From contig JBHLPH010000018.1 of assembly GCA_048939625.1 (NCBI GenBank), positions 1 to 36,932 of the forward strand: DNA of 36,932 nt, written 5' to 3'. Positions 1 through 9,479 of this stretch are shown here, in pieces; position 1 is the stretch's first letter, and every line of letters begins with the position of its first letter. The stretch is from Promethearchaeota archaeon (GTDB lineage: Archaea > Asgardarchaeota > Hermodarchaeia > Hermodarchaeales > Hermodarchaeaceae). The notes below the pieces were generated by a model, which made no database searches, was not told the DNA's origin, and saw nothing but the letters and a program-made list of their open reading frames with translations. Both the position numbers and the translations under genes were made by a program.

Positions 1-1821
1 GCCCCCTTACTGGGACCCGTTCCTGCAAATATGGAAGACCTAGTAGTGGATGCCTGCGATTGGCTCTGTCCACGACCCAAGGCGCGTGTTGTATACGATT
101 TGTCGCATGCCCCACGCCTTGGTGTTGATTCATGGGATACTCTTACTCTGTTTCCAGGATTTTACTATCAGTATCGTGACAACCTCGTGAACCGCCAATA
201 CACCTTTGACAAGCTCTATCCCTCGGCTTCTGGGAACTTTACCCTCGCCCGTCTTGGTCCTTATGATGTGCTCATCATTTGTGCACCTGATGCTGATTAC
301 ACTACCAGCGATCGTACTGCATTTAACAACTGGGTTAGTGGTGGTGGAAGCGCACTCATTATGGGTGAAAATCCGTTGAGCGGTGGCTTCCTCAACCCTG
401 ATCTTCGAATTAACTTCTTGTTGAATAACTTTGACATGGAAATGAATACAAGTCTTGGTGCTTCAGCGCTTGACATTGTGAGCGATTTTGATTTGCACCC
501 AACCACAGAATCGGTTGCAAATTTGAATTGGGAATACTATGGATACATCAATGTTACTGGGTTAGCTTATTCGATTGGGCGGATTGCGTCGAATATCATG
601 ATTTCTAGTCAAACCTTTGGACAGGGTCGCGTAATTCTTACCAGTGATATCAATTGGCCGGACTTCAATCATTACACACTTTCTTCGAATGCTTTCTTTG
701 CAGTGAATGCCATTAACTGGTTATCTGCAGCAACATCGAACATATTACTTTATGTTGATGAACCAATCAGCCCCAACTATTACCGGACGCCGGTTAGTCA
801 AGCACTCAATGATTTAGGGCTTTCATTTTACCTCACTTATACCGATGTTTATTTTAACCTCTCTTTACACACTGACACATGGAATCTAGTCATCATCGAT
901 AATCCATGGTGGAGTCTTGATTCATATTATGGGGAAATAGTGGACTACATAGAAGCAGGTGGACATTTTCTCATGTCCAGCTACTTAGTCGACAATAATC
1001 CCTCTGATCCACTCTGGCGACAACTGGGCTTCGAATTTGCCGCTGACGCACCGGATGGAGCAGATCTCTTCATCTGGGACAATAGTCATGACATTTTCAA
1101 TCAACCAATCATGTATGGAGCAGCTAACTTCACAAGCATTAACGATTATGGTGATGAAGGCGATCTGTTAACCGTCTTTTCTAATGCTTCAGCCCTTGCC
1201 GGATTCACCACCAGCCCAGCCCCAGGCAACGCATCAATCATCCTCCGCAATGACCTACAGACTCTCTACAACGGTTTTCTAATCGACGAATTCAGTGGAG
1301 ACATAGACGACTCTGCATATCCTGACAACTTGGAACTCTGGATTAACGAAATTGCCTTCATGATGCGACCCATCTGTGCTATCACTCCCGATGTACCCGT
1401 CAACGTCACGGAAGGACAAATCCTTACATTCCATGCAGAGGTGGCTAACCTTGGATTCTCTACCGCACTCATGGGTGAAATCACCGTGAATGTGCCTGTG
1501 GGTCTAGGGACCTTGATGGATCCTGCTACTCAACCCTTCAACATCGTTCCTGGTGATTTCACAACGCTGACCTGGCATGTCAATGTCACAGGCACAGGTA
1601 ATTACACCTTATCCTTTAGTACAACATATCATGGACTTCCCGGTACAACGTATACAGGTGTTCCAGCACAAGCCGACATCGAAGCGCTTTCTACACCACT
1701 TCCTCCACCAATACCACCATTACCTTGGTGGTGGTGGATTGTCGCACTTGTCGTAATCATCGTCATCGTCGTCATTATCTTTATCTACATGTTTCTGAAA
1801 CGACGTGGAGCTAGTAAATAA
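1..1821 (+). CDS. Membrane-anchored surface protein with GIFT/DUF4350-like (class I GATase-like fold) domains, Ig-like domain and C-terminal TM; 5'-truncated by window edge
   Basis: Frame is open from base 1. VVYDLSH...YDVLIICAP...GGGSALIMGE...INFLL and a second similar unit (LVIIDNP...YIEAGGHFLMS). Ends in Pro-rich linker, WWWW-TM, KRR tail. Confidence 0.7.
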   Translation, partial: APLLGPVPANMEDLVVDACDWLCPRPKARVVYDLSHAPRLGVDSWDTLTLFPGFYYQYRDNLVNRQYTFDKLYPSASGNFTLARLGPYDVLIICAPDADYTTSDRTAFNNWVSGGGSALIMGENPLSGGFLNPDLRINFLLNNFDMEMNTSLGASALDIVSDFDLHPTTESVANLNWEYYGYINVTGLAYSIGRIASNIMISSQTFGQGRVILTSDINWPDFNHYTLSSNAFFAVNAINWLSAATSNILLYVDEPISPNYYRTPVSQALNDLGLSFYLTYTDVYFNLSLHTDTWNLVIIDNPWWSLDSYYGEIVDYIEAGGHFLMSSYLVDNNPSDPLWRQLGFEFAADAPDGADLFIWDNSHDIFNQPIMYGAANFTSINDYGDEGDLLTVFSNASALAGFTTSPAPGNASIILRNDLQTLYNGFLIDEFSGDIDDSAYPDNLELWINEIAFMMRPICAITPDVPVNVTEGQILTFHAEVANLGFSTALMGEITVNVPVGLGTLMDPATQPFNIVPGDFTTLTWHVNVTGTGNYTLSFSTTYHGLPGTTYTGVPAQADIEALSTPLPPPIPPLPWWWWIVALVVIIVIVVIIFIYMFLKRRGASK

Positions 1822-1827
1822 TTTAAC

Positions 1828-1863
1828 GTGGAGGAAGCTTCCTCCACACCTTCCTATTTTTTT
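1828..1863 (+). terminator. Palindrome/hairpin plus T-tract, putative terminator
   Basis: Perfect 20-bp palindrome GTGGAGGAAGCTTCCTCCAC (1828-1847) just after the stop codon, then T7 at 1857-1863. Confidence 0.6.
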
Positions 1864-2075
1864 CAACAGCAGGATACCATAAAGATAGAGAAAGCAGTTT
1901 ACCAAAGTGTTATAGGTCATAATGAATAGCTTCGAAGACGAATCTGCTGTTTCTTACAAATGATGTGAAAGATGATTTACACCAAATCATTGAGTTTGCT
2001 CAAATGGGTGTTCTTGATTGCGTTTTTTGAATATTTAAATAGAAAATAGTGGTGAGTCCTTACGAGGTGTGACTT

Positions 2076-3416
2076 TTGGGACGTATGTTTTGGGTTTCGA
2101 CGGGATTAGTAATTTGTTTACTCCTTTCGTTAATGCTTATACCATTTCAACTCTCTCCGATGTGTGAGCAAAACTCTGAGGAGCCGCTATTGAGGGCTCA
2201 GATTGTGAGTGCTCAGGATTTTTCCTCACCCTGGAATTGGACCTATGGCACTGCAAATTATGATCGGGGCACCTCCGTAGTGGAGGTAAGTACTGGTGGC
2301 TTTGCCATTACCGGCTCGACTGGTGGTGGTGGTCCAAATGCTAATGATGTCTGGTTAATTCTGACTGATGACAACGGAAATGCTCAATCGAGCCATACTT
2401 ATGGCGGTGTATTCGATGATATTGGCTGGGATCTACTTGAGGTTAGTACTGGTGGCTTCGTCCTATCTGGAGAAACCGAAAGCTTTGGAGCGGGTGATTT
2501 TGATGCCTGGTTAATTCGTGTGGATGCAAGTGGTAATCATCTGTGGAACCACACCTTTGGGGGAACATATGACGAATGGGGCTGGTCAGTTATCGAAGTG
2601 AGCACCGGTGGGTTCGCGATATCCGGTCGGACAGCTAGTTTAGGCGCAGGATCTTCAGATGTTTGGCTGATTCGTACCGACGCGGATGGTAATGAATTAT
2701 GGAACAAAACCTACGGAGGCATTTATTCAGATGTAGGAAGAGAGTTGGTCGAAGTCAGTGGCGGCGGGTTTGCCATCATCGGATCAACACAAAGTTACGG
2801 GTCCGGTTCATCAGATGTTTGGCTGATTCGTACCGACGCGGATGGTAATGAATTGTGGAGTCGAACCTTTGGTGGCTTAACCTCAGATTCAGCACATGGA
2901 CTTGTTGAAGTGAGTACTGGTGGGTTTGCAATTGCGGGGCGAACCCAAAGCTTTGGCGCGGGAGCGACTGATCTTTGGCTAATTCGAACAAACGCTAATG
3001 GAAACCTGCTCTGGAATCAGACCTTTGGGGGCCTTAGCCCTGATGAAGGTCAATCTTTGGTTGAGATTAGCACGGGCGGGTTTGCTATTACCGGGTTTAC
3101 CGGTAGCTTGGGTGCAGGTGTTGAAGATCTGTGGCTGATTTTCACCGACACCAGTGGAACCCCATTGGTCAATTACACCTTTGGAGGTACCGAATTTGAC
3201 ATTGGAAATTGCATAATAGAGGTCAGTACTGGCGGTTTCCTCATCGTAGGCATAACTGAAAGTTTCGGTGCCGGAGTAACTGACAACTGGTTGATTCGAG
3301 TCACTGCACAACCACCCCCACCACCCATTCCTGGCTTCCCAGTTGAAGCAATCGTATTGGCATTACTTCTAACGCTTAGTCTAGGAGTGCTCGTTCGGCG
3401 TCACAGAAGGAAGTAG
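2076..3416 (+). CDS. Secreted seven-bladed beta-propeller repeat protein with PGF/Loki-CTERM-like sorting signal
   Basis: N-terminal hydrophobic signal; seven ~52-aa repeats (WxxTFGG...EVSTGGFAI.G.T.S.GAG..D.WLIRTD..GN); C-terminus PPPPPIPGFP-TM-RRHRRK; GAGGTG 6 nt before TTG. Confidence 0.85.
   Translation: MGRMFWVSTGLVICLLLSLMLIPFQLSPMCEQNSEEPLLRAQIVSAQDFSSPWNWTYGTANYDRGTSVVEVSTGGFAITGSTGGGGPNANDVWLILTDDNGNAQSSHTYGGVFDDIGWDLLEVSTGGFVLSGETESFGAGDFDAWLIRVDASGNHLWNHTFGGTYDEWGWSVIEVSTGGFAISGRTASLGAGSSDVWLIRTDADGNELWNKTYGGIYSDVGRELVEVSGGGFAIIGSTQSYGSGSSDVWLIRTDADGNELWSRTFGGLTSDSAHGLVEVSTGGFAIAGRTQSFGAGATDLWLIRTNANGNLLWNQTFGGLSPDEGQSLVEISTGGFAITGFTGSLGAGVEDLWLIFTDTSGTPLVNYTFGGTEFDIGNCIIEVSTGGFLIVGITESFGAGVTDNWLIRVTAQPPPPPIPGFPVEAIVLALLLTLSLGVLVRRHRRK
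2655..2854 (+). repeat. 44-bp identical direct repeat (2655-2698 and 2811-2854) between adjacent propeller blades
   Basis: TCAGATGTTTGGCTGATTCGTACCGACGCGGATGGTAATGAATT occurs twice, 156 nt apart. Confidence 0.9.
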
Positions 3417-3640
3417 CATCGCTTCCTTCTCTCCTCTTTTATTTAGTCGTCTTCCGCTATTTGGTAGTCTCATTGATTCTATTCCAATTGAAACGGGTTT
3501 ATCCGTCTTCATTCTCCCTAATTTGCCCAGAACCTACACAGTCAATATAAATCACCCCTCCCCACATCATGCATTCAAGGAGTGAAAATGAAAGCATTAA
3601 TTATTTGCCGATACAACCTCCAAAAGAGGGAAATCAGACT

Positions 3641-6205
3641 TTGCGAAAAGCAATCTGGATTAGGCTAGTCCTAATCGGAATCCTTCTAATCCAAATCCCT
3701 ATATTACAAATACCACTCGCCGGAACACCCCTTCACGAGAAGGAAACGTCCACACCTGCACTCCCGACACCCGATGTCCCCCTTGATACGCAAATCACTG
3801 TAGTTCTGAACAACACGCACGATAATCTCCTATTTAATGTACCAATCTCGGATCCCGGAATCTACATTTACACGATGATCATGTATGTTGATCGAGCGGA
3901 TCCAGGGATGGGTGTGGATCTTTATCTTCAGTTGTATGAGAGCGTGAATGAGTACGTGCCCCAAATAGATACATATCTTCCGAAGGATCGCGAATTTATT
4001 TCTCATCCATGGTGGACGTATTTTGCAGGTATGTCAAGTCCCTACTGGCAGGATTTTATGGTGGCCCAACCTGGGGCCGTCGTTATCGAATTTGACTTCA
4101 CCTGGTATACGCCATGGGATCAGGTATCGGTGAATTTCACGGTTAGTCAAGAATACTCCTTCGCTGATGCGACGTCTGCTCCTCTAGGGCAGGATACTAG
4201 TATTCGCTGGACGGAGGAGGATGCATGGAATGTAACGACATTCACTGTTCCCTCGAATGCCTTGTACAATATCTCCTTGTCTGGCAGCGTGCCCTACAGT
4301 ACTACTGCAGGCTGGCCTGGCGACCCCAGCTTCTCTATGTTTAATGTCATGGCGTTATTTGATCTCATCTATGGTTCACGCCTGAGTTATTCGGAATGGT
4401 TTCCAACTGTGAATATTCCAGTAGGACCGGCTGTCGGTGCTGCCACATGGACTGCAATGCAAACGGTTCCCCTTCCTGCAGGCGATTACTACTTAGTAGC
4501 TAGAAGCATGCCTTTCTTGTTCCTCAATGGCACCTACCTTGATCTGACGCTCCACGTGGAATCGGTCTCCACACTCGCTTTAGGCGCGGATGAATCACTT
4601 TCGTTATACTTTGACGCCGCAGATCCAGTAAATGATGCCTATGTTGCGGTTACCGTCCCTGCTAATTCTATGGTCGATTTCTACCTGAACAATCCTGAAG
4701 GCGGGAATTGGACTGTTGCCACCTATGATGCCTGGCATGGAATGTCCCTTCCCCCAACTTACGACTACTATGAGGACCCTAGCACCAACCTGACCCTTGA
4801 AACTCGGTACAACTACGGGGTTGCCTTGAAACAGCCTGTGACGATGATCAATCCAGGTTCAGGTCTCTTGGGCGAACAATACTTGGAGCCGTTCGTGTTC
4901 GTGGGAACTGAGGTTGCCTACATAGATGATGTTCCACAGCTAGCAACCTTTCCTGCCTTTGGTGGTCCTACATGTTTTTGGAACACTTTCTATATTATTG
5001 TGGAAGCCACACCAGGATTTGTTGGACCTCCTAGCGCGACCTTCAACATTAGCTTGAATCTGGATACAAGCCCCCTTCCCCAACTCACTACTACCAGTGT
5101 GATCGTGCCAATTAATCAGACCATTGCACCCTTTTACCACGGCTTCCTGTTGACCGTCGAAAGCGGTGTAACCTATGAAATCAGTGCCACACCAAGCTAT
5201 ACCTCAAACGGCGTGGTCATGTTACAAGGACTATCTGCTCAAGGTGAATTCTACAAGGACTGGGGTATAGGCTCATATTGGCCGCTCTTCAAAGCGGTCG
5301 GTATGGGAGGTATGATGGCTCCAGGTGTTCTCGCCACATACGGTGTGAACGACACGATATCTGTCCGCTTTACTGCCGTACGAAATACGACCATGCTCTT
5401 CGTTGTTCTTGGAACCCAACCAATGCTAGGTCCCAGTGACACAACCGAGCTCAATGTTCAAATGACTATAACCCAACCTACGGTCTATACAATAGGATCA
5501 GAATATACAGTAACCACCACGTCGACCGAATACGATTTCACCGCCTACAACGTCCCGGTCATCGCCGGTTACCGCTATCAAATCAGACTATCCATTGATC
5601 ATGGCAGCATCTTTGCCACAGGTATCTGCTTTGATGATGCTGGACACACCCCTTTTAGCACCACAGTCTATGACCAATGGATCAGCGTGTCCCATACCGC
5701 TCTAATGAGCTCCACTCGTATCTACACCGCCACACAAACTGGAACTGTCACCTTTGCCCTCATCCACCAAGGCAACACCCGCTTCTCTATCACTCTCATT
5801 GATGACACACCACCCGACGTTGCTATTCTTGAACCGGAGTGGGGCGCTTCCTTCGAACCCAGTGACATCATTATCAACTTTACCGTCAGCGACGAAGTTG
5901 GTCTCGCCTCCCTCGTTGTAGGCATCGATGGCAGCGAAGATAGCATCCCTATCGACAGCACCAGCTATACTTATTCCGCGACCACTGCTGGTCTCCACCA
6001 TATCTATATTGAAGCGGAGGATCTCCAAGGCAACATCGCCAGTGACAGCATCACTATCCTCATCCTCCCCGAACCCACATCCTGGACCCTTGGGCAAAAC
6101 GCCGCCTTCGGGCTCCTCTATCCCCTCCTCATCATTGGCGCTGCCGCCACCGGTGTAATTTGCTTCCTTCTCGGCTGGTTTATCAAAGGACGACGAAAAC
6201 CCTAA
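3641..6205 (+). CDS. Large beta-rich surface (glyco)protein with C-terminal Ig-like domain and TM anchor
   Basis: Probable TTG start at 3641 (ORF track 3569) gives a basic plus hydrophobic signal. Many NxS/T sequons; DDTPPDVAILEP...AEDLQGN Ig-like unit; TM plus KGRRKP tail. Confidence 0.7.
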   Translation: MRKAIWIRLVLIGILLIQIPILQIPLAGTPLHEKETSTPALPTPDVPLDTQITVVLNNTHDNLLFNVPISDPGIYIYTMIMYVDRADPGMGVDLYLQLYESVNEYVPQIDTYLPKDREFISHPWWTYFAGMSSPYWQDFMVAQPGAVVIEFDFTWYTPWDQVSVNFTVSQEYSFADATSAPLGQDTSIRWTEEDAWNVTTFTVPSNALYNISLSGSVPYSTTAGWPGDPSFSMFNVMALFDLIYGSRLSYSEWFPTVNIPVGPAVGAATWTAMQTVPLPAGDYYLVARSMPFLFLNGTYLDLTLHVESVSTLALGADESLSLYFDAADPVNDAYVAVTVPANSMVDFYLNNPEGGNWTVATYDAWHGMSLPPTYDYYEDPSTNLTLETRYNYGVALKQPVTMINPGSGLLGEQYLEPFVFVGTEVAYIDDVPQLATFPAFGGPTCFWNTFYIIVEATPGFVGPPSATFNISLNLDTSPLPQLTTTSVIVPINQTIAPFYHGFLLTVESGVTYEISATPSYTSNGVVMLQGLSAQGEFYKDWGIGSYWPLFKAVGMGGMMAPGVLATYGVNDTISVRFTAVRNTTMLFVVLGTQPMLGPSDTTELNVQMTITQPTVYTIGSEYTVTTTSTEYDFTAYNVPVIAGYRYQIRLSIDHGSIFATGICFDDAGHTPFSTTVYDQWISVSHTALMSSTRIYTATQTGTVTFALIHQGNTRFSITLIDDTPPDVAILEPEWGASFEPSDIIINFTVSDEVGLASLVVGIDGSEDSIPIDSTSYTYSATTAGLHHIYIEAEDLQGNIASDSITILILPEPTSWTLGQNAAFGLLYPLLIIGAAATGVICFLLGWFIKGRRKP

Positions 6206-6569
6206 CTGGCAAATCAATCCAGTGAACCCCATGCTGGACAGACCTCTGCCCAGCTCCCCCTTTTTCTTGAACATAACCCTAAGTGATGAGAGTATTTCTC
6301 GTGCTGGTTTTCCTCTCTTTCAAAGTAAGTCGTACTCTGTATCTTTAGGTCACCGATAGGGTAGTCTCATCTATTATTGCTAATTCTTGAATTTTCACTC
6401 CAAGGTGAGAACGAACTTTTCAGAGTGTTAGACGCTTCTATTTGGTATTTCGAAGACATAAATGCACTAGCACAGAAATGACAGTAAGATCTGTTTTACG
6501 TCACTATTTGATTATCTGAGATTCTCAAGATACAAAATTCTTGATGATTTTTTTAATTTCCTTAGGAGA

Positions 6570-7028
6570 TTACAATTCGCCGATATCTTCGTCCCAGAGA
6601 TGCGGATTAGCATCTATGAATGTGCGCATCATTTCTTTACACTCAGATAAATCCAAATCAACAACTTCCACACCGTGCGATTTCATGAAATCTGGAGCAC
6701 CGGCAAAGGTGGTAGATTCACCAACTATAACCCGTTTAATCTTGAATTGGATCACGGCTCCGGCACACAAGTAGCAGGGCATTAAGGTGGAGTAAAGTGT
6801 GGTTCCTGCATAACTACCAACACGACCGGCGTTTTGAAGGCAATCGATTTCTGCATGCAGGATGGGGTTATCTTTTTGGACTCGTTGATTGTGTCCTTCC
6901 CCAACAATCGTTCCATCCTTGACCAACACAGAGCCAATGGGAATGCCGCCTTCGCTGCGGCTTTTCTTCGCTTGTTCAATAGCTGCTTGCATGAAAGGAT
7001 CCATCATTTGATTCACCATTCTATTCAA
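6570..7028 (-). CDS. Zn-dependent nucleoside/cytosine deaminase (FCY1/TadA-like fold)
   Basis: HAE and PCYLC zinc motifs; EGGIPIGSVL; ends WDEDIGE like fungal-type cytosine deaminase. True start may be a few codons downstream. Confidence 0.9.
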   Translation of the reverse strand: MNRMVNQMMDPFMQAAIEQAKKSRSEGGIPIGSVLVKDGTIVGEGHNQRVQKDNPILHAEIDCLQNAGRVGSYAGTTLYSTLMPCYLCAGAVIQFKIKRVIVGESTTFAGAPDFMKSHGVEVVDLDLSECKEMMRTFIDANPHLWDEDIGEL

Positions 7029-7147
7029 TAATCATATAATTCAGAAGCTTGCCAAAAAACTATTTCACCTGATGTTCGACTGCTAGCTGACGGCCTTTCC
7101 CCTGCGAATTCTTGAGGGCAGTTCGCCTGCTTTGGATATCTGCGCTT

Positions 7148-7912
7148 TTAGTTTTGGCGAGGTTTTCCGATTGGACAAGCGTCGATACATATTGTGCATT
7201 CGATGTAGCTATTGGGCGTTGGGCGTCGAGTGAGTTTCTTTTCGATTTGACGGACATCAGTGGGAACATCTTGCGCATGTGGTTGTTCGGCTGCGTAAGT
7301 CAGGCATCGAGTAATCGTAATTTGATATGGGTCCAAAGCCTTTGTAGGACATGCTTTAATGCATTTTTCACAATCGCCACATAGGTCATCTGTGAATGGC
7401 TTATCTTTGTCAAGTTCAGCGTTTGTGAGCACAGCTATTAATCGGATTCGCGGCCCATAATGGGGAGTAACCAAGAGGGTGTTCTTTCCTTGACAACCTA
7501 GCCCGCATCTCACAGCGGCGGTTTTGAGAGGGATGGAAAGCGAAAAGTGGGCTTCATATCCCTGCTTCGTTAGGTAATCGACAATTGTCCAGGCCTTATT
7601 TTTCAAGATTTCATAATAAAATTGGTAGCGTTCCGAGGGCACGTTGGGTGTTTGCTTCTCGTGATTGAGGAGATAGGTTGAGTCGACTGCAGTATTGAGG
7701 GATTTGTCCCATGCATAGTATCCTAGCAACATGACAGATTTTACTGCGGGGAATGCTTCTTCAGGTGATAGTAAGTTTTGAACCGTATGGACCCATCCAT
7801 GGGGTAAGCCACGAAGCATATCTGGAGTGGCAATGCCTACAGTAACAAAGCCTGCGTCCAAGGCTAGTTTCTTCAGATCAGCTGTCAGAGTCAAGTTACA
7901 GAATCCTCCCAA
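7148..7912 (-). CDS. QueG/epoxyqueuosine reductase-like 4Fe-4S double-cluster protein
   Basis: LKTAAVRCGLG.QGKNTLLVTPHYGPRIRL; CGDCEKCIKACP; C...CTICIDACP. Confidence 0.8.
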   Translation of the reverse strand: MGGFCNLTLTADLKKLALDAGFVTVGIATPDMLRGLPHGWVHTVQNLLSPEEAFPAVKSVMLLGYYAWDKSLNTAVDSTYLLNHEKQTPNVPSERYQFYYEILKNKAWTIVDYLTKQGYEAHFSLSIPLKTAAVRCGLGCQGKNTLLVTPHYGPRIRLIAVLTNAELDKDKPFTDDLCGDCEKCIKACPTKALDPYQITITRCLTYAAEQPHAQDVPTDVRQIEKKLTRRPTPNSYIECTICIDACPIGKPRQN

Positions 7913-7978
7913 ATACAGTATAGAATATGTGTTGTATGGTAATATGTAATTTCTGTAAAAGGATTCTCAGTTCCTAAG

Positions 7979-8476
7979 CTAATCGAGGCGTTTTTCGTAA
8001 AAGTAGCTCTCTTTATGTGTTGCAACGAGTGTGTATTCGCAGGATTCATAGAGTGCTCGTGCAGCGCGATTTTGTTCAAGGACATGTAACGCGATGAGTG
8101 TAAGGTGTTCCTGAGCTGTCCATTCTTCCGTGGCTTTTAGCAACAATTTAGCGAGCCCTTTGTGTCGAAACTCAGGTTTGACGTGGAGATTATAGATCCA
8201 GGTTAAGGGTTGAGTAAATCGCCAAAAGGGTGCACGGTGATATAGCCAGATTAGGCCAGCAGGGTGTCTGTCCAGTGTTTCTCCAATAAAGACCATGTGG
8301 TTTGGGTCAGACATGTCGATGGGGTCGTTCGTGTCGAATTCTTGGTATTTTTGCAGAATTTCTTCCTCAGTGAGTGAATCAGCATTTGGGAGGGTGGTTT
8401 TGAATGATTCTAGCTGACAGTAATCGAAAAAGAGTTGATCGGAGGTTCGGTTCCAGGGTCGAATATGAAACGGCAA
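7979..8476 (-). CDS. GNAT family N-acetyltransferase
   Basis: LHVKPEFRHKGLAKLLL acetyl-CoA motif A; NRAARALYESCEY motif B. Confidence 0.9.
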   Translation of the reverse strand: MPFHIRPWNRTSDQLFFDYCQLESFKTTLPNADSLTEEEILQKYQEFDTNDPIDMSDPNHMVFIGETLDRHPAGLIWLYHRAPFWRFTQPLTWIYNLHVKPEFRHKGLAKLLLKATEEWTAQEHLTLIALHVLEQNRAARALYESCEYTLVATHKESYFYEKRLD

Positions 8477-8566
8477 GAAAAATCCCTTTGGTCAGAGGTT
8501 TTTTAGTGGGTGCGTGGACCTTTTCCATTTATAATTCAACTGTTAGGGGACTCCGGTGAACGAGCG

Positions 8567-9097
8567 ATGGATATTTGGTTAATCCTTGGGTTTAGTCTCA
8601 TCATCATTCTCCTTTGTGTTATTGTCGTTGGCACATCTGCAGTATGGCCCTCACTAATTGGAGCACCTTACGTGCCAACATCAAAGAGAACCGCACAAAA
8701 AATGCTTGAATTAGCTCAAGTTAGTGCAGACGATACTGTCGCGGATTTGGGTTCCGGTGATGGTCGAATCATCATGATGGCTGCGGAGCAGTTTGGAGCG
8801 AATGCTTTTGGGATTGAAGCAGATCCGCTCCGTGTGTTATGGTCGCGGGGTGTGATTCGCCATCGAGGTTTGAGAAAAAAGGTTGAGGTTATTTGGGGCA
8901 ACTTCTTTAACCAAGGTCTCGCGAAGGCGACGGTAGTGACCGTATATCAGGGACAAGAAATTAATAAACGACTTAAGGACAAGTTCTTGCTTGAACTAAA
9001 ACCGGGAACACGGGTGGTCTCGTATAGTTTTCCGTTCGATGGATGGACACCAGTAGAGACGCGAAAAAATCCTCATCTCTACCTGTATGTAATCTGA
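8567..9097 (+). CDS. Membrane-anchored class I SAM methyltransferase, FAM173/aKMT-like protein lysine methyltransferase
   Basis: N-terminal TM, GAPYVPT pre-MT motif, DLGSGDGRI motif I, ELKPGTRVVSYSFP; ATG 8567 follows GGTGA. Confidence 0.8.
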   Translation: MDIWLILGFSLIIILLCVIVVGTSAVWPSLIGAPYVPTSKRTAQKMLELAQVSADDTVADLGSGDGRIIMMAAEQFGANAFGIEADPLRVLWSRGVIRHRGLRKKVEVIWGNFFNQGLAKATVVTVYQGQEINKRLKDKFLLELKPGTRVVSYSFPFDGWTPVETRKNPHLYLYVI

Positions 9098-9128
9098 ATG
9101 TGGTAATTAGGTACGAGAAGAACTTTCT

Positions 9129-9326
9129 TTACTTCTTGGAGACCTTTCGGGCTTTGGGACGTCCATTGCCTTCTTTAAGTTCGAACGTTACGCTGTCACC
9201 TGGTGTGAGAGTAGCACCGTCTTCAACGTCATCACCATGAACGAAGACATCAGAGTCTCCGTTATCGCGTTCGATGAAGCCGTAATTGCGTTCGGTGTCA
9301 AACCATTTGATTTTTCCATTTTCCAT
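9129..9326 (-). CDS. cspA: Cold-shock domain protein
   Basis: GKIKWFD..RNYGFI (RNP1), DVFVH (RNP2), GRPKARKV; AAGGTGA RBS before ATG 9326. Confidence 0.95.
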   Translation of the reverse strand: MENGKIKWFDTERNYGFIERDNGDSDVFVHGDDVEDGATLTPGDSVTFELKEGNGRPKARKVSKK

Positions 9327-9456
9327 CGATATCACCTTGATTCGTATTCATGGTGTAAAGTAGCATACAGCCTTGAGTGCTAATTTTCGAAAAAATCGGA
9401 AACTAGATTCGAGGTGCTACTACGAGCTCGACGCGTAGACTGCTTATAGTCCTTTC
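9327..9456 (-). promoter_or_regulatory. Putative csp promoter (purine-rich BRE plus TATAAG) and ~95-nt structured 5' leader
   Basis: TATAAG at 9448-9443; interrupted stem-loop 9420-9360 (GUAGCA/UGCUAC, CCU/AGG, CUAGUUU/AAAUUAG). Confidence 0.5.
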
Positions 9457-9479
9457 TGTTGAGGAAAAAAAGGGAGTAT

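Noticed and set aside
2230-3300. Periodic repeats as CRISPR array or DGR template
   Set aside because: The 156-nt period is in-frame protein repeat coding; no cas or reverse transcriptase genes.
5702-6274. 190-aa minus-strand ORF and the other overlapping shadow ORFs in the track
   Set aside because: They overlap well-supported genes and carry no recognisable motifs.
6270-6565. ~300-bp AT-rich gap between convergent genes
   Set aside because: No convincing ORF, repeat or stable structure found by eye.
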